Assembly (NCBI GenBank): GCA_025062295.1
Contig: JANXAJ010000006.1
Location: forward strand, 598 to 64,597
Origin: Bacteroidia bacterium
GTDB lineage: Bacteria; Bacteroidota; Bacteroidia; SpSt-205
Length of the DNA: 64,000 bases
Direction of reading: 5' to 3'
Part shown: positions 1-9,516 of the stretch, piece after piece
How the letters are laid out: each line of letters begins with the position of its first letter
Position numbering within the stretch: position 1 is the stretch's first letter
Made by a program: the position numbers and the translations under genes
The notes under the pieces: model-generated
Database searches by the model: none
Told to the model about the DNA's origin: nothing
Seen by the model: only the letters and a program-made list of their open reading frames with translations

Positions 1-1295
1 CGAGCCACCTCTAAAAGAATGCGGAGTTTTTCAAGTTCTCGACGAAGTTGTGCAGCCGTAGCGTTCTGAAGGAAAACAATGTTTCGAGGAGGGATACCTA
101 GCACCTGTTCTGCATACACCTTAAAAGCGTAGGCATCACGTCCCGCATAAGGCACGTTCATAGTAGGAGTGAATGTAGGCTGGTAGCTGCGGTAATCTTC
201 ATTTCCGACAATGAAAGCGTAGCGGTTAATCTGAGATGAGCGGCACTGAGGGATATTATCTTGAAGGTCCGTCGGTGGTGCATAAAGGGAATCCGTCTCA
301 GCAATGATCTGGATAGGACGAATGCCAAGCTGGTCTATACGCCACAGACGGAGTAGTCCTCCTTCACCTCCGACCACTAAGTACTGTCCATTAGGGCTGA
401 AGGCGACGGTCCAGAGAGGTACTCCTAAGGTGAGCACCTTTTCCAGGCGTCCAGTTGGCAAAGCCCATAAGCACAGCAATCCATCTTTGCCAGCACTGGC
501 TAAGAATCGTCCATCTGGACTGAAAGCTACGGCACGCACGCCGTCCGTATGTTTTTCCAGTGTCTGAAGGCGAAGTCCCTCTGGCAGGCTCCACAACATG
601 ATTTTTCCATCCAGTCCTGCACTTGCAAGTATGCGCTGATCAGGGCTCAGAGCCAGTCCTCTCACACCCTTTGTGTGCCCTCTCAAGATTCGGCGGAGGG
701 AGAGCTCCTTCGGGTCTAATACTAAGATGGAGCCAGAGCCGCTTCCTACATATAATGCTTTCCCGTGAGGGGGCACTAAGAGGCTATAGGCAAGCCTAGC
801 GGTATCCTGGTAAGTCAGCAGCCATCCCTCTTGGGTATCCCATGCCACAATGAGTCCGCTACGACCTACCAGATATAGGAGAGGTTGAGTAGGATGATGC
901 CCTATTGCTTCCCAAGGTTCAGGTGGGCCAGTTCTCCGAACTTTTTTGGCTAAGGGCTCTACTCGCTGAGGCTTGAGGGCAAAAGTGGAAGGACGCTCGC
1001 GATGTTCCCTAAGCGACCATTGATAGAGCTTACCATCGCTCGCAGCCCCCCAAAGAGTACCTTGAGTATCAGGAAGAAGCACAAGTGAATTGACGCTGGC
1101 AAGGGCCCCACCGAAACGAGCTAAAGCCATTCCATGGGGTATAGACCACAGCCTCACAGTCCGATCACTACTGGCAGAGACCAGATAACGACTGTCCTCA
1201 GAGAAAGCGAAGGCATACACCGCACCTGCATGTTCTTCCAGGTCCTTGTAGGGTTGGGCAAAAACCATGCACCCTAAGAGACAGAGGTATCTCAT
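1..1295 (-). CDS. Lipoprotein with WD40 repeats and a C-terminal caspase-like (peptidase C14) domain; partial, the C-terminus lies beyond the window start
   Basis: This ORF is not in the track because it runs off the window edge. The minus-strand frame is open from the ATG whose A is at 1295, with an in-frame TAG immediately upstream, down to base 1. I spot-checked the frame at 601-660. The N-terminus MRYLCLLGCMVFAQP carries a lipobox (LLGC). About seven WD40-like repeats follow (SASSDRTVRLWS, GLDGKIMLWSL, AGKDGLLCLWAL, GGEGGLLRLWRI). The last ~90 residues look like the start of a caspase fold (RYAFIVGNEDYRS ... VPYAGRDAYAF ... LQNATAAQLRRELEKL). Confidence 0.6.
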   Translation of the reverse strand, partial: MRYLCLLGCMVFAQPYKDLEEHAGAVYAFAFSEDSRYLVSASSDRTVRLWSIPHGMALARFGGALASVNSLVLLPDTQGTLWGAASDGKLYQWSLREHRERPSTFALKPQRVEPLAKKVRRTGPPEPWEAIGHHPTQPLLYLVGRSGLIVAWDTQEGWLLTYQDTARLAYSLLVPPHGKALYVGSGSGSILVLDPKELSLRRILRGHTKGVRGLALSPDQRILASAGLDGKIMLWSLPEGLRLQTLEKHTDGVRAVAFSPDGRFLASAGKDGLLCLWALPTGRLEKVLTLGVPLWTVAFSPNGQYLVVGGEGGLLRLWRIDQLGIRPIQIIAETDSLYAPPTDLQDNIPQCRSSQINRYAFIVGNEDYRSYQPTFTPTMNVPYAGRDAYAFKVYAEQVLGIPPRNIVFLQNATAAQLRRELEKLRILLEVA

Positions 1296-1485
1296 CTACG
1301 TCCCAAAGTTAATGAAGATATAGTCTGCACTCTGCAAAAGTGTCCAAAGTTTGTTTTTACTCTACTTGTGGGGGTGAGAAGGGCTTTTGGTTTGCCTAAT
1401 ACAAGAGAGGCAGGCAGCTGGTACGCTCATGAGTTCAGGAGCTTCAGGAGAAGTATAGCTGACCCCATATAAAGAAAGTCCTGAT

Positions 1486-4400
1486 TTACCACAGACGCAC
1501 CCCCCACATCGTCACATCATCAAGCTGCTCTCGGTCTTTACCATAATCTTTCCACTCCTTCCAGCGCATATTGAAGAAAGCACGACGGCGAGACATAACG
1601 GGTTCATGAAGTGTCTCCATGATAAAGTCTTTGAGCTGACGGGTGCCAAATCGTTTCTCATCAGGTCCTCCGAGCTGATCCACTACACCATCTGTAAAGA
1701 GGAAAAATACATCTCCGGGCTGTAATTGAACCTCATGAGCCGTGAAGAAGCGCTCTTCTTCCAGCTGTTCTCCTCCAATTGCTTTCTTATCGGGCTTAAT
1801 CTCTTTGAGTTCTCCATCATGCACATAGTAGAGGGGAAGGTTAGCCCCTGCGTAGATTAGGCGGTATTCTTTTGGAAAGTACCGCACCAGAGCGATGTCC
1901 ATACCATCTCGGGAAGCAATTTCTTCACCTTCTACATCTTGACGAAGCACCTGCCTTACCCCAATATGGAGGTCATGAAGGATTTGGCTCGGAGCGAAGA
2001 TGCGACTCTTATTGATAATTTGATCCAAAAGAATGCTGCCTATAAGGGTCATGAATGCACCAGGCACCCCATGACCTGTGCCGTCCGCTACGACGATAAA
2101 GTAGGAATCTCCCGCCGCCTCGCTAAACCAGTAAAAGTCGCCTCCAACACCGTGTCTATCTCGGGGACGCCATATGATGAAATAGTTATCTTTGCCCAGA
2201 CATTTATCTAAAAGAGCATCTGATGGCAAGATATTCTTCTGCATACGCTTTGCATACTTAATGCTTTCCCGAATATCGCTCATTGCCTCTTCCAGCTCAC
2301 GCTTTTGCTCTTCTAACCGACGATTCATCTCTTGAAGGCGACGAGCGTAGGCTTTTTGCTCTTCTTCAATCACAGACGCAGCAGAGGCAGCAAGACTTCG
2401 TAGGAAATTGACTTCATCTAATCGCCATTCCCGTTTGGTGTAGCGATGTTCTACGCTGATGAGACCGACGGTATCTTTCCCTGTTCGGATGACCCCATCC
2501 AGGACGCTAGCGACATTATTAGGCTTGAAGAGAGGGAGGGCAAGCTCGCGAGTGCGCAGATCCGAGAGGGCATCAACCACAGCGATGACCTGTTCTCGCT
2601 CTAAACTTTGAAAATACATAGGATACAAGGACCGATTCACAATAGTGCCGACGGTATGAGAATGGCTTTCTTTCTCTGCTACAGCTACACAGCGAGCTAA
2701 ATCTGATTCTTCGTAGCGCCAGAGACTCACCCGATGAGCTTGAAAAGTATTGAGAGCGACCTCAGCGATAATTTGAAAGGCTTTTTCTACGTCTCCCTCA
2801 CGAAGAGCAGGATGAGCCGCCAGTTGAGAAAGTGCATTCTGCTGTTCCTTGAGGCGAAACTCCTGCTCTTTCTGCTCAGTAATGTCGAAGAGAATATTGA
2901 TAGTTTTGAACAGAGCTCGTCGTTCTCCCTTTGAGCGGTCAACGATGGGTGTACTAGACATAATCGCCCAGTACCCCTGTCCCAAAGCACCGCGGACCTC
3001 TACCTCCGATTTCCAAGTTTGCCCATTCTGCATGCTACGCCAATATCCCTGCAAAACCACAAGTGGCTGGCGGTCTGAGAAAAGGGCTCCATAGTGAGTG
3101 CCGATAAGCTTGTCAGGAGAATAACCTAAAGCTTCAGCGAAGCTCTCAGTGATGTAAGTCAGGTGACCTTCTCCATCAGTTTCAAATAGCCATGCTGCTT
3201 GATTGAGAGCCTCTAACTGAGCAGAGAGCTGAAGTTGGGAAGCTCTATAATTCTCATTGCTGCGCCGCAGCTCTTCGGTATTCTCTCTCAGAAGTAATTC
3301 TTGCTGGCGAGCTAAGGTTAGAGCATTTTGAATTTCCATCTCTTGCTGCTTCTGAAGGGTGATATCAAATCCGACTAAGATATACTTGTAAATTTCTCCA
3401 TTGAGCTGCTGAACTGGCGTGATTGTTTGCTGGATCCAGACTTCCTCCCCGTGCGTGGTGACATATGAGACGACTTCCTGCCAGACCTTTCCCATCCGCA
3501 ATTGGCTCATTACTTTTTCCACGAGGGGGGCTTCTGTTGGGCGACGCAGCTTGACATAGGGCTGGCCCATCACCTCTTCGGTCTTATAGCCCAGCAGACG
3601 GAGGCATGCTTCATTGGCGTAAATGATTCGTCCTGCTGGATTCATCTCTAAGACGAGTGCAGCAGCATTGAGCGCCGTGATTTGCCCTCGAAGCTCTGCC
3701 TGTGTGCGCCGCATCTCCTCAGCTGAAGCCTCTAGCTCCTCTATATTCTGACGAAGCTCTTCCTCTAAGGCTTGAGCCTGCTCTAAGTAGCCTATGAGTT
3801 CCTGCTCTACCAGTTTGCGGTGTCCTTGCTGGAGGAGAAGCGAGGCTATTCTAGCTAAAAGAGCTAAATACTCTGGGTCACGAGGCGGCTCAATCGAAAG
3901 CCTCTCCACGAAGAAAGCACCGGCTACTTCTTCATCTAAATAAAGGGGAAACATCCATAAGCGTTGAACTTGGCGACGGCTCATGTACATCTGAAGCGCT
4001 GGGGTCTCAGGCTGATGAGGACCTGGGGATACGGGCTCATGAAGCTGTTCTCTTACCCACTGAGCTGCTTCGGGTGGGAGGTCTATGGTGTTAGAATGAC
4101 TCAAAAGAACCGGATCATAGGCTTCTAAGCAGTGAAGTCCTGACTCTTCCTCGCTTCCGAAGACCCAAAAGCTATATCGGGCTTCAGGTTCAAAGGCAGC
4201 AGCTACCTCACAAATAGCCGCTAAGCCTTCCAGCACTTCCCCTTTTTGAAGTGCTGGAAGCTTGAGAAGGGTCTGGAGACTCTGCCGCTGTCGTAGGAGT
4301 CGCTCCTTTTCATGATTATACTCAGTCTGAAGGGCAGCATACTGTTGCTGAAGGCGATTGAGCACTTCCTCTGTTTCATGAAGACGCCGATGGAGAGAGT

Positions 4401-5685
4401 TGAGAGCATTTTCGGCTTCCTGCACCTGCCTCTGTAGAGCTGAAACTTCTATTAGCGCAAGCAGAGCTTTTTCTTCTCTTCCTTCCCGATAAGGAAGGAT
4501 TGCATAGGCATAGGTACCTTGATTTACTGACACAAAACCCTGAGCTGCTGTGCGTCTTTGAAGAAGCTGAGCAAAGTCGGGGGAGAGCTCTGCAACGCTT
4601 TGAATTGTCGGAGAGAAGCCCAGTTGGAGAAAAAGATCATTTTTGGAGAGGAAATACCCATTCATATCCAGCTGAGCTATTGGGAGGAGGTTCTGAAAAG
4701 CACCCAGTTCCAATTGCAAGCGGGCTACTTGCTCTCTGAAGAGGGCTTCGGACGCAGCTATCTGCTCTAAAAGCTGCCGTTTCTCCTCTGCCAGTTGAAG
4801 GAGAGCTCCTTCTTGCTGGCTCATCCGTTGGACAATCCTTTCCAAAGGAGCGATAGAAGGAAAAGCCCCTCGGAGCTCTTCTAAGTTCGGTGATTGACGT
4901 TCGGCGAGAGATTCAATAGCCGCTGAAAGAAGATGCAACTGCTGCAGTAACTGATTGTAGCGCTGTACTAAAGGAAGCCAAGGGCTAGGGGCTTCCGAAA
5001 GGCGTTCCCCTTGACTTGCAGCTTTGAGCATAGCTTGAAAGGAACGCTCTTCCTTTCTACCTATCAGGAGGAGTGCAAGGATACCTATCACTCCTGCCGC
5101 CCATAAACTTATCACTCCGATCTGGTAAGCGGTTTGCTGTTCTTTTTGGAGGTTTCCTTCCAACTCAAGCTGGCGCTGCCGAAGAACCTCCCGAAAGCGA
5201 CGCAGTTCATTTTCCACACTTGATAGCAGGGCTGGTCCCTCTACATAATACTGCTCAATGACAGGGAGATAGTCTTCTTTCCGCTCGCTTCTTTCTAATG
5301 CTCGACGCCAACCAGCATGCCTCTGTTCCAATAGGAGGACCTGCTCTACCAATGCCCGCAAAGCAGGTTCAGGCTGGGTAGAGAAAGTACGAACATGAAC
5401 CTCAAGACTTTTCAGCGTGCCTCGAAGCTCAGGCTGGCGCAAAAGTGTGGCAGGAAGTGCACTGCCCGCTACCTTCTCAAAAAATGCTGTTCGTAATCGC
5501 ATTTCTTGCTGCCATATTCCAACTTCTAAGCGGAGTAGAAGCTGAACTGATTCTCTCAAAGCAGTAAGGAGCTGCTTCTCTGCTACAGAGGTTTTATAAA
5601 GCCAGAAGCCCCACACTCCTGCTGCACCAGCTATGGCGAATAGGAAAATAGCCCCCCATAGGCGCAAAGCACGAGCTGACCACAT
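1486..5685 (-). CDS. Membrane-anchored multidomain sensor Ser/Thr phosphatase (PAS/GAF modules with a C-terminal PP2C/SpoIIE domain, RsbU-like)
   Basis: A 1399-aa ORF. It has an N-terminal TM helix, an extracytoplasmic segment of about 170 aa, a second TM helix (IGVISLWAAGVIGILALLLIG) and long coiled coils. Two PAS-like segments are visible (LVLEMNPAGRIIYANEACLRLLGY; WLFETDGEGHLTYITESFAEALGY), along with GAF-like segments. The C-terminus has PP2C metal-binding motifs (HGVGGDFYWF, VVADGTGHGVPGAFM, FLFTDGVVDQ). Confidence 0.75.
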   Translation of the reverse strand: MWSARALRLWGAIFLFAIAGAAGVWGFWLYKTSVAEKQLLTALRESVQLLLRLEVGIWQQEMRLRTAFFEKVAGSALPATLLRQPELRGTLKSLEVHVRTFSTQPEPALRALVEQVLLLEQRHAGWRRALERSERKEDYLPVIEQYYVEGPALLSSVENELRRFREVLRQRQLELEGNLQKEQQTAYQIGVISLWAAGVIGILALLLIGRKEERSFQAMLKAASQGERLSEAPSPWLPLVQRYNQLLQQLHLLSAAIESLAERQSPNLEELRGAFPSIAPLERIVQRMSQQEGALLQLAEEKRQLLEQIAASEALFREQVARLQLELGAFQNLLPIAQLDMNGYFLSKNDLFLQLGFSPTIQSVAELSPDFAQLLQRRTAAQGFVSVNQGTYAYAILPYREGREEKALLALIEVSALQRQVQEAENALNSLHRRLHETEEVLNRLQQQYAALQTEYNHEKERLLRQRQSLQTLLKLPALQKGEVLEGLAAICEVAAAFEPEARYSFWVFGSEEESGLHCLEAYDPVLLSHSNTIDLPPEAAQWVREQLHEPVSPGPHQPETPALQMYMSRRQVQRLWMFPLYLDEEVAGAFFVERLSIEPPRDPEYLALLARIASLLLQQGHRKLVEQELIGYLEQAQALEEELRQNIEELEASAEEMRRTQAELRGQITALNAAALVLEMNPAGRIIYANEACLRLLGYKTEEVMGQPYVKLRRPTEAPLVEKVMSQLRMGKVWQEVVSYVTTHGEEVWIQQTITPVQQLNGEIYKYILVGFDITLQKQQEMEIQNALTLARQQELLLRENTEELRRSNENYRASQLQLSAQLEALNQAAWLFETDGEGHLTYITESFAEALGYSPDKLIGTHYGALFSDRQPLVVLQGYWRSMQNGQTWKSEVEVRGALGQGYWAIMSSTPIVDRSKGERRALFKTINILFDITEQKEQEFRLKEQQNALSQLAAHPALREGDVEKAFQIIAEVALNTFQAHRVSLWRYEESDLARCVAVAEKESHSHTVGTIVNRSLYPMYFQSLEREQVIAVVDALSDLRTRELALPLFKPNNVASVLDGVIRTGKDTVGLISVEHRYTKREWRLDEVNFLRSLAASAASVIEEEQKAYARRLQEMNRRLEEQKRELEEAMSDIRESIKYAKRMQKNILPSDALLDKCLGKDNYFIIWRPRDRHGVGGDFYWFSEAAGDSYFIVVADGTGHGVPGAFMTLIGSILLDQIINKSRIFAPSQILHDLHIGVRQVLRQDVEGEEIASRDGMDIALVRYFPKEYRLIYAGANLPLYYVHDGELKEIKPDKKAIGGEQLEEERFFTAHEVQLQPGDVFFLFTDGVVDQLGGPDEKRFGTRQLKDFIMETLHEPVMSRRRAFFNMRWKEWKDYGKDREQLDDVTMWGVRLW

Positions 5686-5778
5686 ATCTTTCTAAAATAA
5701 AGGAAATTTTCCTTTTTCTTTACGCCTGGGGACAAGTTGTGGATTCATTCCTTCCATCCAGAAAGGAGGGAGGGTTTC

Positions 5779-6612
5779 CTACCGTAGAGTGATATTGACC
5801 GGGGCTCTATTATCCACTTGAATCGAAGCCACCCGGTCACAAGCTTCATTACCATAAGGATCATAATTTAGGGTAACGGTACGACCTTGGGTGGTGAGGC
5901 GCCAGATCCCCTTTACAGGATGGCGAAAAACACAGTTTCCTAAGACCTTTAGGGGCTGGATAATCTGAGTCGTGAAAGGATTGCCCTGACGCGAAGTTCC
6001 TTGGCTTCCGCCTTCAATCAGCCAAAGGTCATCCCACCTCTGCCAAGTGTTCTGTCCCTGCAGCTGCCGAAAAGTCCTCGTTGCGCTCCACTGAGTGGTA
6101 CCTGATGGGGTGATGACCTGGTGGGATAGAACTGTGTCTCGGATGACTCGTTCTCCTGTTTGATTGATGCCTTCATGGAAGAGTACCTTTTCTATGATAT
6201 GCTGATTGTCGTTCACGAAATAGTTACTAGTAGTGATAAAGGCACGGCTTCCTGCGGATGGCCATCGGGGCCCTGAGAAACGTACCTGTACTTTACCTCT
6301 ACGATAGACCCCATCTCGGCATAGGCAATTCGTAGAGCCAAAGTCAATAGTGAGCAGTCGCTGCGCACTATCAAAAGCAACTTGCGCACAGGAAGGAAGA
6401 AACCCAGAATCAGCTTCGGCTACCCGCCGATAATTCGGACCTTCTCCCTGATCATCTGTCGCATCTCCAATGTAATTCTGCTCCCCTTCTGCCCGGGCTG
6501 CATCTTCTGCTACTTCTTGGAAGGCCTTGATATCCACGGCTTCCCGTCGCTTGCAAGTAATTAGCAATCCGACTCCTCCGAGGAGGAGAAGAAAAACGCC
6601 TGTTCTTTTCAT
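5779..6612 (-). CDS. Hypothetical lipoprotein
   Basis: A 277-aa ORF. The N-terminus MKRTGVFLLLLGGVGLLITC is a signal peptide with a lipobox-like LITC. I recognise no catalytic motif. Confidence 0.45.
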   Translation of the reverse strand: MKRTGVFLLLLGGVGLLITCKRREAVDIKAFQEVAEDAARAEGEQNYIGDATDDQGEGPNYRRVAEADSGFLPSCAQVAFDSAQRLLTIDFGSTNCLCRDGVYRRGKVQVRFSGPRWPSAGSRAFITTSNYFVNDNQHIIEKVLFHEGINQTGERVIRDTVLSHQVITPSGTTQWSATRTFRQLQGQNTWQRWDDLWLIEGGSQGTSRQGNPFTTQIIQPLKVLGNCVFRHPVKGIWRLTTQGRTVTLNYDPYGNEACDRVASIQVDNRAPVNITLR

Positions 6613-6799
6613 ATCATTTGGTTAGAGCCGATTTTGTAGAGAAAGGTTTAAGGAAGAAAGCCAATCATACAATCCCCTACTTTTTCACTTTCTTCAGCTG
6701 TCACCAACTTTCGTCAAGAATTGTGTCATCATGTGTGGCGCGTCCTTTCTTCTGGAGGGGGCTTTACTTGAAGCTGATTATGATAATTTTTGAGTGCTC

Positions 6800-7987
6800 T
6801 CAAATACTTTCCTGTTCTTTCCCTTGAGCTTGCTGAGTGATTGTCTCAAGGACAGCTTTGGCTAGCTTTCGCCTATCGGAATGAGCTTCAGCCCATAGGC
6901 GAGCTCGACTTGCTGCTTTTTCCCACTCCTTCCGATCCCAGTAATAGCGAAGAATCGCCGCTGCAAATCCTTCCACTGATTGTGCCGAGAAACCACATTT
7001 TTCTTCTCTAAGAACCTTTGCTTGCCATCCCCCGTAGTTGATGCCTACCACCATACCATTTGCTAAATAGTCATAAAACTTATTAGCGCTATTGGTGGAG
7101 AATATGGGCACTGCTCTAACCAAAGAGACGCCAATATGTCCCTCAGAGAGCCAATGAGGAAGGTCCTCCACTGGTACAGGCTTGAAAAACTTGACCGAGG
7201 GAAATGCTTGAGCTTGTCTCTCAAGGAGAGGCTTTTCTGCTCCATCCCCTATAATCCAAAATTCAATTCCCTTGTAGGCTTGCAAGCAGGCTGCTACTCT
7301 GAGGAGGAAGCTCACATCATTGACCCAGCCAAGGGTGCCAGCATACACAATGCGAAACGGAAGGAAACTGGGATACTTCCTGCGATAGAAAAGTTCTATC
7401 CGGGTGCCGTTCAAGCTCAGATAAGTGCGATCAGCGGGAAGTAAACTGGCGATATCAGGGGAGAGGGCAAAAATGCAGTCTGCTTGGTGGTAGCTCCACT
7501 GAAGAAGTAAGCGGAGAGAATCTACTACAAAAGATGGGAACCGAGCGCGAAGTACATCTGGCCATGCATCAAACACTTCTATGCTGAAGGGTAGTCCGCT
7601 CAGGTATCGTCGCAGCCCTGCTACAATCGGAAGGAAGGGAGGGGGTAAAGTCGCTATGAGATAGAAGCGCTGGTGACGCAAGCGCCACAAGATATAGGCA
7701 CTCCATAGCGTGAAGCGGATAAATGACCAGAGCCGTCTCAGCCAAGAGGTGCGTTGGTGATAGGGTGCTGGCAGCCAAATAAGAGTAATGCCTTCAATAG
7801 TACGCCGTACTCGCCGCCCGCTATAAGAAGAAGGAAAATAGGTACCTCCCGCTAAAATCCATACGTCATATCCCTCTGCTTTCCAAATGCGAGCAAAATC
7901 ATAGCTACGACGATTTCCCCAACCTCCAGGCGGTGTAAAGAAGTATTGCCAGTAAAGAAGAGAAAACCCAGAGGTGCTTCGCTCCAT
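6800..7987 (-). CDS. Glycosyltransferase, GT4 family (GT-B fold)
   Basis: A 395-aa ORF with N-terminal YFFTPPGGWGN. The C-terminal half has a GT4-like donor-binding region (FWIIGDGAEKPLL ... ANKFYDYLANGMVVG). Confidence 0.5.
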   Translation of the reverse strand: MERSTSGFSLLYWQYFFTPPGGWGNRRSYDFARIWKAEGYDVWILAGGTYFPSSYSGRRVRRTIEGITLIWLPAPYHQRTSWLRRLWSFIRFTLWSAYILWRLRHQRFYLIATLPPPFLPIVAGLRRYLSGLPFSIEVFDAWPDVLRARFPSFVVDSLRLLLQWSYHQADCIFALSPDIASLLPADRTYLSLNGTRIELFYRRKYPSFLPFRIVYAGTLGWVNDVSFLLRVAACLQAYKGIEFWIIGDGAEKPLLERQAQAFPSVKFFKPVPVEDLPHWLSEGHIGVSLVRAVPIFSTNSANKFYDYLANGMVVGINYGGWQAKVLREEKCGFSAQSVEGFAAAILRYYWDRKEWEKAASRARLWAEAHSDRRKLAKAVLETITQQAQGKEQESI

Positions 7988-8042
7988 ATGTAATGGTGCA
8001 CCCCTTCAAAATCATCCTTACAGAAAGTCTTTCTGTCCGACG

Positions 8043-8684
8043 CTACTCTTTCGGGATGATCTCTCCCGTCTCCTCCACATAGTCGGATGGTATGCGAAAA
8101 AGTGACTCATCAGGTGGAGTTTTGTCTATTTGAGTTGCCAGAAAAACAATCCTCAGGTCCACTCCGGGAATCTCTGTTACGCTCCGAAGAGGTACTCCCT
8201 CTAATCGAGCTCCACCTGTTAGATTATTTGCTTGCCGAGCTACTTGAGGCACCCTCAGCTCTGGGGTAACCCACACTTCCATCTTCATTTTACCTTGCAC
8301 GGTGGGTACTTCTAAAAGATACTTCTGGACGGGATACTTAAGAATTTGGGTCTTATCTTTTGTTTTAGTGATTTTGATACCAGAATCTGGCTCAGTAGGA
8401 GAGGTTAGAGGGGCTTTCCGATAAGTCCGAAGCGAAGTGCTGAGGAGATACATCGTACCTGCGTCCCCATCTATAAGAACGACGGCATCACCTGCCTCAT
8501 TTCGGACCTTATTCCCTCGGTAATACACTTTTATTTTCTCAGGGACTTGGCTCTTGAGCATTTCTCCCAGCTGCTCTGCCATTGCCCCTTCTATTTTAGT
8601 TGTATAAACAATCATGCCCTCGAAGTTCTGCTGGGCCCTAAGAAGAAGTTGAAATCCAACTGCGAAAAGGATTACGCGACTCAT
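8043..8684 (-). CDS. Secreted hypothetical protein (DUF4412/LolA-like fold suspected)
   Basis: A 213-aa ORF with an N-terminal signal peptide MSRVILFAVGFQLLLRAQQ. No enzymatic motifs. Confidence 0.35.
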   Translation of the reverse strand: MSRVILFAVGFQLLLRAQQNFEGMIVYTTKIEGAMAEQLGEMLKSQVPEKIKVYYRGNKVRNEAGDAVVLIDGDAGTMYLLSTSLRTYRKAPLTSPTEPDSGIKITKTKDKTQILKYPVQKYLLEVPTVQGKMKMEVWVTPELRVPQVARQANNLTGGARLEGVPLRSVTEIPGVDLRIVFLATQIDKTPPDESLFRIPSDYVEETGEIIPKE

Positions 8685-8768
8685 ACTGGTTTAATGTTTT
8701 GTCCCAAAGGTAAAGGAAAAAAGGACTCATTGATTATTTTGTTAATAGAGCCCAAATACTTTTCTCCT

Positions 8769-9515
8769 ATGCTTCAAATCCAAAACCTTCATGCCTCTGT
8801 AGAGGGACGCTCTATCTTGAAAGGCGTCAATCTGGAGGTTCGAGCTGGTGAAGTGCATGCTATCATGGGCCCAAATGGGGCTGGTAAGAGCACCCTCGCT
8901 GCTATCCTCACGGGTAAGGAAGGATACGAAGTTACAGAAGGGGAAGTGCTATTTGAAGGACAGAACCTTTTAGACATGGCTCCAGAGGAGCGAAGTCATG
9001 CGGGCATATTCTTAGCTTTCCAGTATCCTGTAGAGATTCCCGGAGTGAGTATGATTCAATTTCTGCGTGCTGCTCTCAATGCCCATCGAATGGCGAAGGG
9101 ACTTGAGCCATTAGATAGTGCCGAACTGATGAGCCTTCTCCGAGAGAAAGCCGCCCTTCTCAAACTGGAGCCAGATTTTCTGACCCGATCTGTTAATGAA
9201 GGCTTTTCTGGGGGGGAGCGTAAGCGGGCTGAGATTTTTCAGATGGCTATTTTGGACCCAAAGTTGGTTATCATGGATGAAACCGACTCAGGCCTAGATA
9301 TTGACGCGCTCAAAATCGTAGCTGAAGCCGTAAATGCTCTGCGGACTCCTCAGAGAGCCTTTGTCCTCATCACTCACTACTATCGCATCCTCCAGTACAT
9401 ACGACCTGATGTAGTTCATATCCTCATGGATGGACGCATTGTGCGCTCTGGGGATGCAAGCCTCGCTATTGAGCTAGAAGAAAAAGGATATGACCTCCTC
9501 ATCAGTCAGGCATAG
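8769..9515 (+). CDS. sufC: Fe-S cluster assembly ATPase SufC
   Basis: I placed the start at the ATG giving MLQIQNL (248 aa). Walker A is GPNGAGKST, the ABC signature is FSGGERKR, and Walker B is IMDETDSGLD. SufC-typical length and LQIQNLHASVEG N-terminus. Confidence 0.9.
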   Translation: MLQIQNLHASVEGRSILKGVNLEVRAGEVHAIMGPNGAGKSTLAAILTGKEGYEVTEGEVLFEGQNLLDMAPEERSHAGIFLAFQYPVEIPGVSMIQFLRAALNAHRMAKGLEPLDSAELMSLLREKAALLKLEPDFLTRSVNEGFSGGERKRAEIFQMAILDPKLVIMDETDSGLDIDALKIVAEAVNALRTPQRAFVLITHYYRILQYIRPDVVHILMDGRIVRSGDASLAIELEEKGYDLLISQA

Positions 9516-9516
9516 T

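Noticed and set aside
304-594. Two small ORFs (304-567 plus strand, 391-594 minus strand) listed in the track at the window start
   Set aside because: They lie inside the long edge-truncated minus-strand WD40-caspase ORF, in other frames. They are low-complexity and spurious.
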